Shown here one piece after another: positions 62,531-64,000 of a stretch of 64,000 bases of DNA (position 1 is its first letter; every line of letters begins with the position of its first letter). Both the position numbers and the translations under genes were made by a program. The stretch covers positions 31,186,001-31,250,000 of the forward strand of contig NC_043015.1 of the NCBI RefSeq assembly GCF_006345805.1, given 5' to 3'. The notes under the pieces are model-generated. The model saw nothing but the letters and a program-made list of their open reading frames with translations. It was not told the DNA's origin and did no database searches. The stretch is from Octopus sinensis. Lineage: Eukaryota.

Positions 62531-63529
62531 GGCGAGCCCACCTCTCACCTGAGGGCATCTGCCATAACACTTTTCAAACACACGTGCTCTTATATATATG
62601 GAAAGAAAAGGTGTATTTCCGTGCAGGAAAAAATATAGGAGAATTTGTTTTGAGATTTGAAAATGCACCTGAATTTGAAAAACGTAAACGTGTAGGTGTT
62701 TTTAAATAGATTTATTCACATACATACCAAACTAGTTTCAACAATATTTTATTGATCAAATGTTCACATAGGATTCAATGAGTTTCACATGGACAGATAA
62801 TATCAAAGTAATTGTTCAGCAAAGAATATAACAAATGTACATTATTGAAAGTTTGGTCATATTGAGTTTTTTATAGAATATGTGGACAAGACAGAAAAGA
62901 AAAAGGGAAAAGAGTAAAAAACGATTTTTTTTACAATTTCTGTCATCGTACATGCAGATCCTTTTTTTTTCTTTTTTGCCAAACATTTACTTTGATATTA
63001 TCCATTCCTGTGAAACTCATGGGCAACTGCTGGTCTTCCATAAACAAATTTGCCCAAACTTGTGCCTCAGAGGGTAACTGTCTAGGTGCAATCCCATGGA
63101 CATCCATGACCAAAGGGAGCCTTTATCCTAAGGAGGAAGATTCATGGCTTATGACCCCTTCCAGCACATACACACCCACTGATTAAAAATGTATTTCTTC
63201 ATCAAGTCACCTATGAAGATGCTATCTTCATGCAAAGTGTTGAGTGTAGTTCAACCTGGGTGAGCCCATCCTTCTTTGGATTTCACCAAAAGAAGTTTAA
63301 CTACAATAATAAGACAAACTGAGGGAACATCTGGGTAGGTATTCAATCTGCAAGAAATAATAGCCACATTCCCTAAATCACAAACTAGTGTCTTAAAAAT
63401 GGAAGGATACGAACGATGTAGTCATGGATATCGTGCAGAAAGAAAAACAAGATGACTATGACGAGTATTTCTTTGATGAACAGTCTGTTGACCAAAATAT
63501 TTCTCGATCAACAGTCTATAGCAAGAACA

Positions 63530-63755
63530 TGATGCAGCAAGGGTTTTGTCTTGCAAGTGACTTGGTGTCCTCACTGCTGCTGGTGCCACATAAAAAGCAC
63601 CCAGTATACCCTGTAAAATGGTTGGCATTGCGAAAGGCATCCAGCCACAGAAACCATACCTAAGCAGACAGTAGGAATTGGAGCAATCTTCTGACTTACC
63701 AGCTCCTGTGGAATTGTCCAACCCATGGAAAAGGAACATTAAATGATGACAATGG
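63530..63755 (+). mobile_element. Family C variant, diverged
   Basis: GGTGCCACATAAAAAGCACCCAG...GGCATCCAGCC...TAAATGATGA. Confidence 0.7.
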
Positions 63756-64000
63756 AATATGTGATGAAAAAGGTTCTACCAGGAATTGAACTAATGTTGC
63801 AGGAATAGCTTACTGGAAAATCTACTACGGGTTCGTAAGGGAGTGAGGGGTGTGCACGCAAGATTTAAGTTACCTTCTCAAGTCATGTTGACTCACAAAG
63901 GCCGGTTTCTTGGTTTCATGGCATATACATTCTGTACCTGGAAAGGGACACCGGTCTTTCTACAGGATTGCTCATTCTTGCCAGCTGAGTGGACTGGAGC

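Noticed and set aside
63424-63663. ORF MDIVQKEKQDDYDEYFFDEQ...
   Set aside because: Short, runs into a family C repeat, and has no recognisable motif or splice context.

Overview
AT-rich, repeat-saturated animal genomic DNA. The SINE/LINE/microsatellite repertoire points to an octopus genome (inference). The window appears to lie inside one large minus-strand gene, a type II diacylglycerol kinase (DGK delta/eta-like). Two clear phase-0 exons (31337-31384 and 25570-25632) encode the start of its PH domain: TAIKEGYLMKHTSTFQ|GYRRKYFKLKGRKLYYAKDTK. There is also a candidate 21-nt micro-exon (35032-35052) and a candidate alternative start exon (49317-49352). I found neither the canonical first exon nor the next PH exon; they may be outside the window or in the 100-N gap at 12174-12273. 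The rest is intronic. It holds several tRNA-derived SINE families, RTE/BovB, CR1, Tx1 and HERO-type LINE remnants, mariner and maT transposase relics, hAT and piggyBac-like MITEs, fold-back repeats and many microsatellites. Nearly all ORFs in the supplied track come from microsatellites or repeats. There is no CRISPR array, rRNA or intact tRNA. The most interesting observations are: (1) locally templated filler DNA at the 5' junctions of two retroposon insertions; (2) fold-back elements with variable inversion breakpoints and hammerhead-like cores; (3) the micro-exon and alternative N-terminus upstream of the PH domain; (4) inverted SINEs and hairpins that could drive editing or back-splicing; (5) a HERO/RLE retroelement relic. 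Repeat coordinates were read by eye and are approximate. Family names and homologies come from recall, not database searches.
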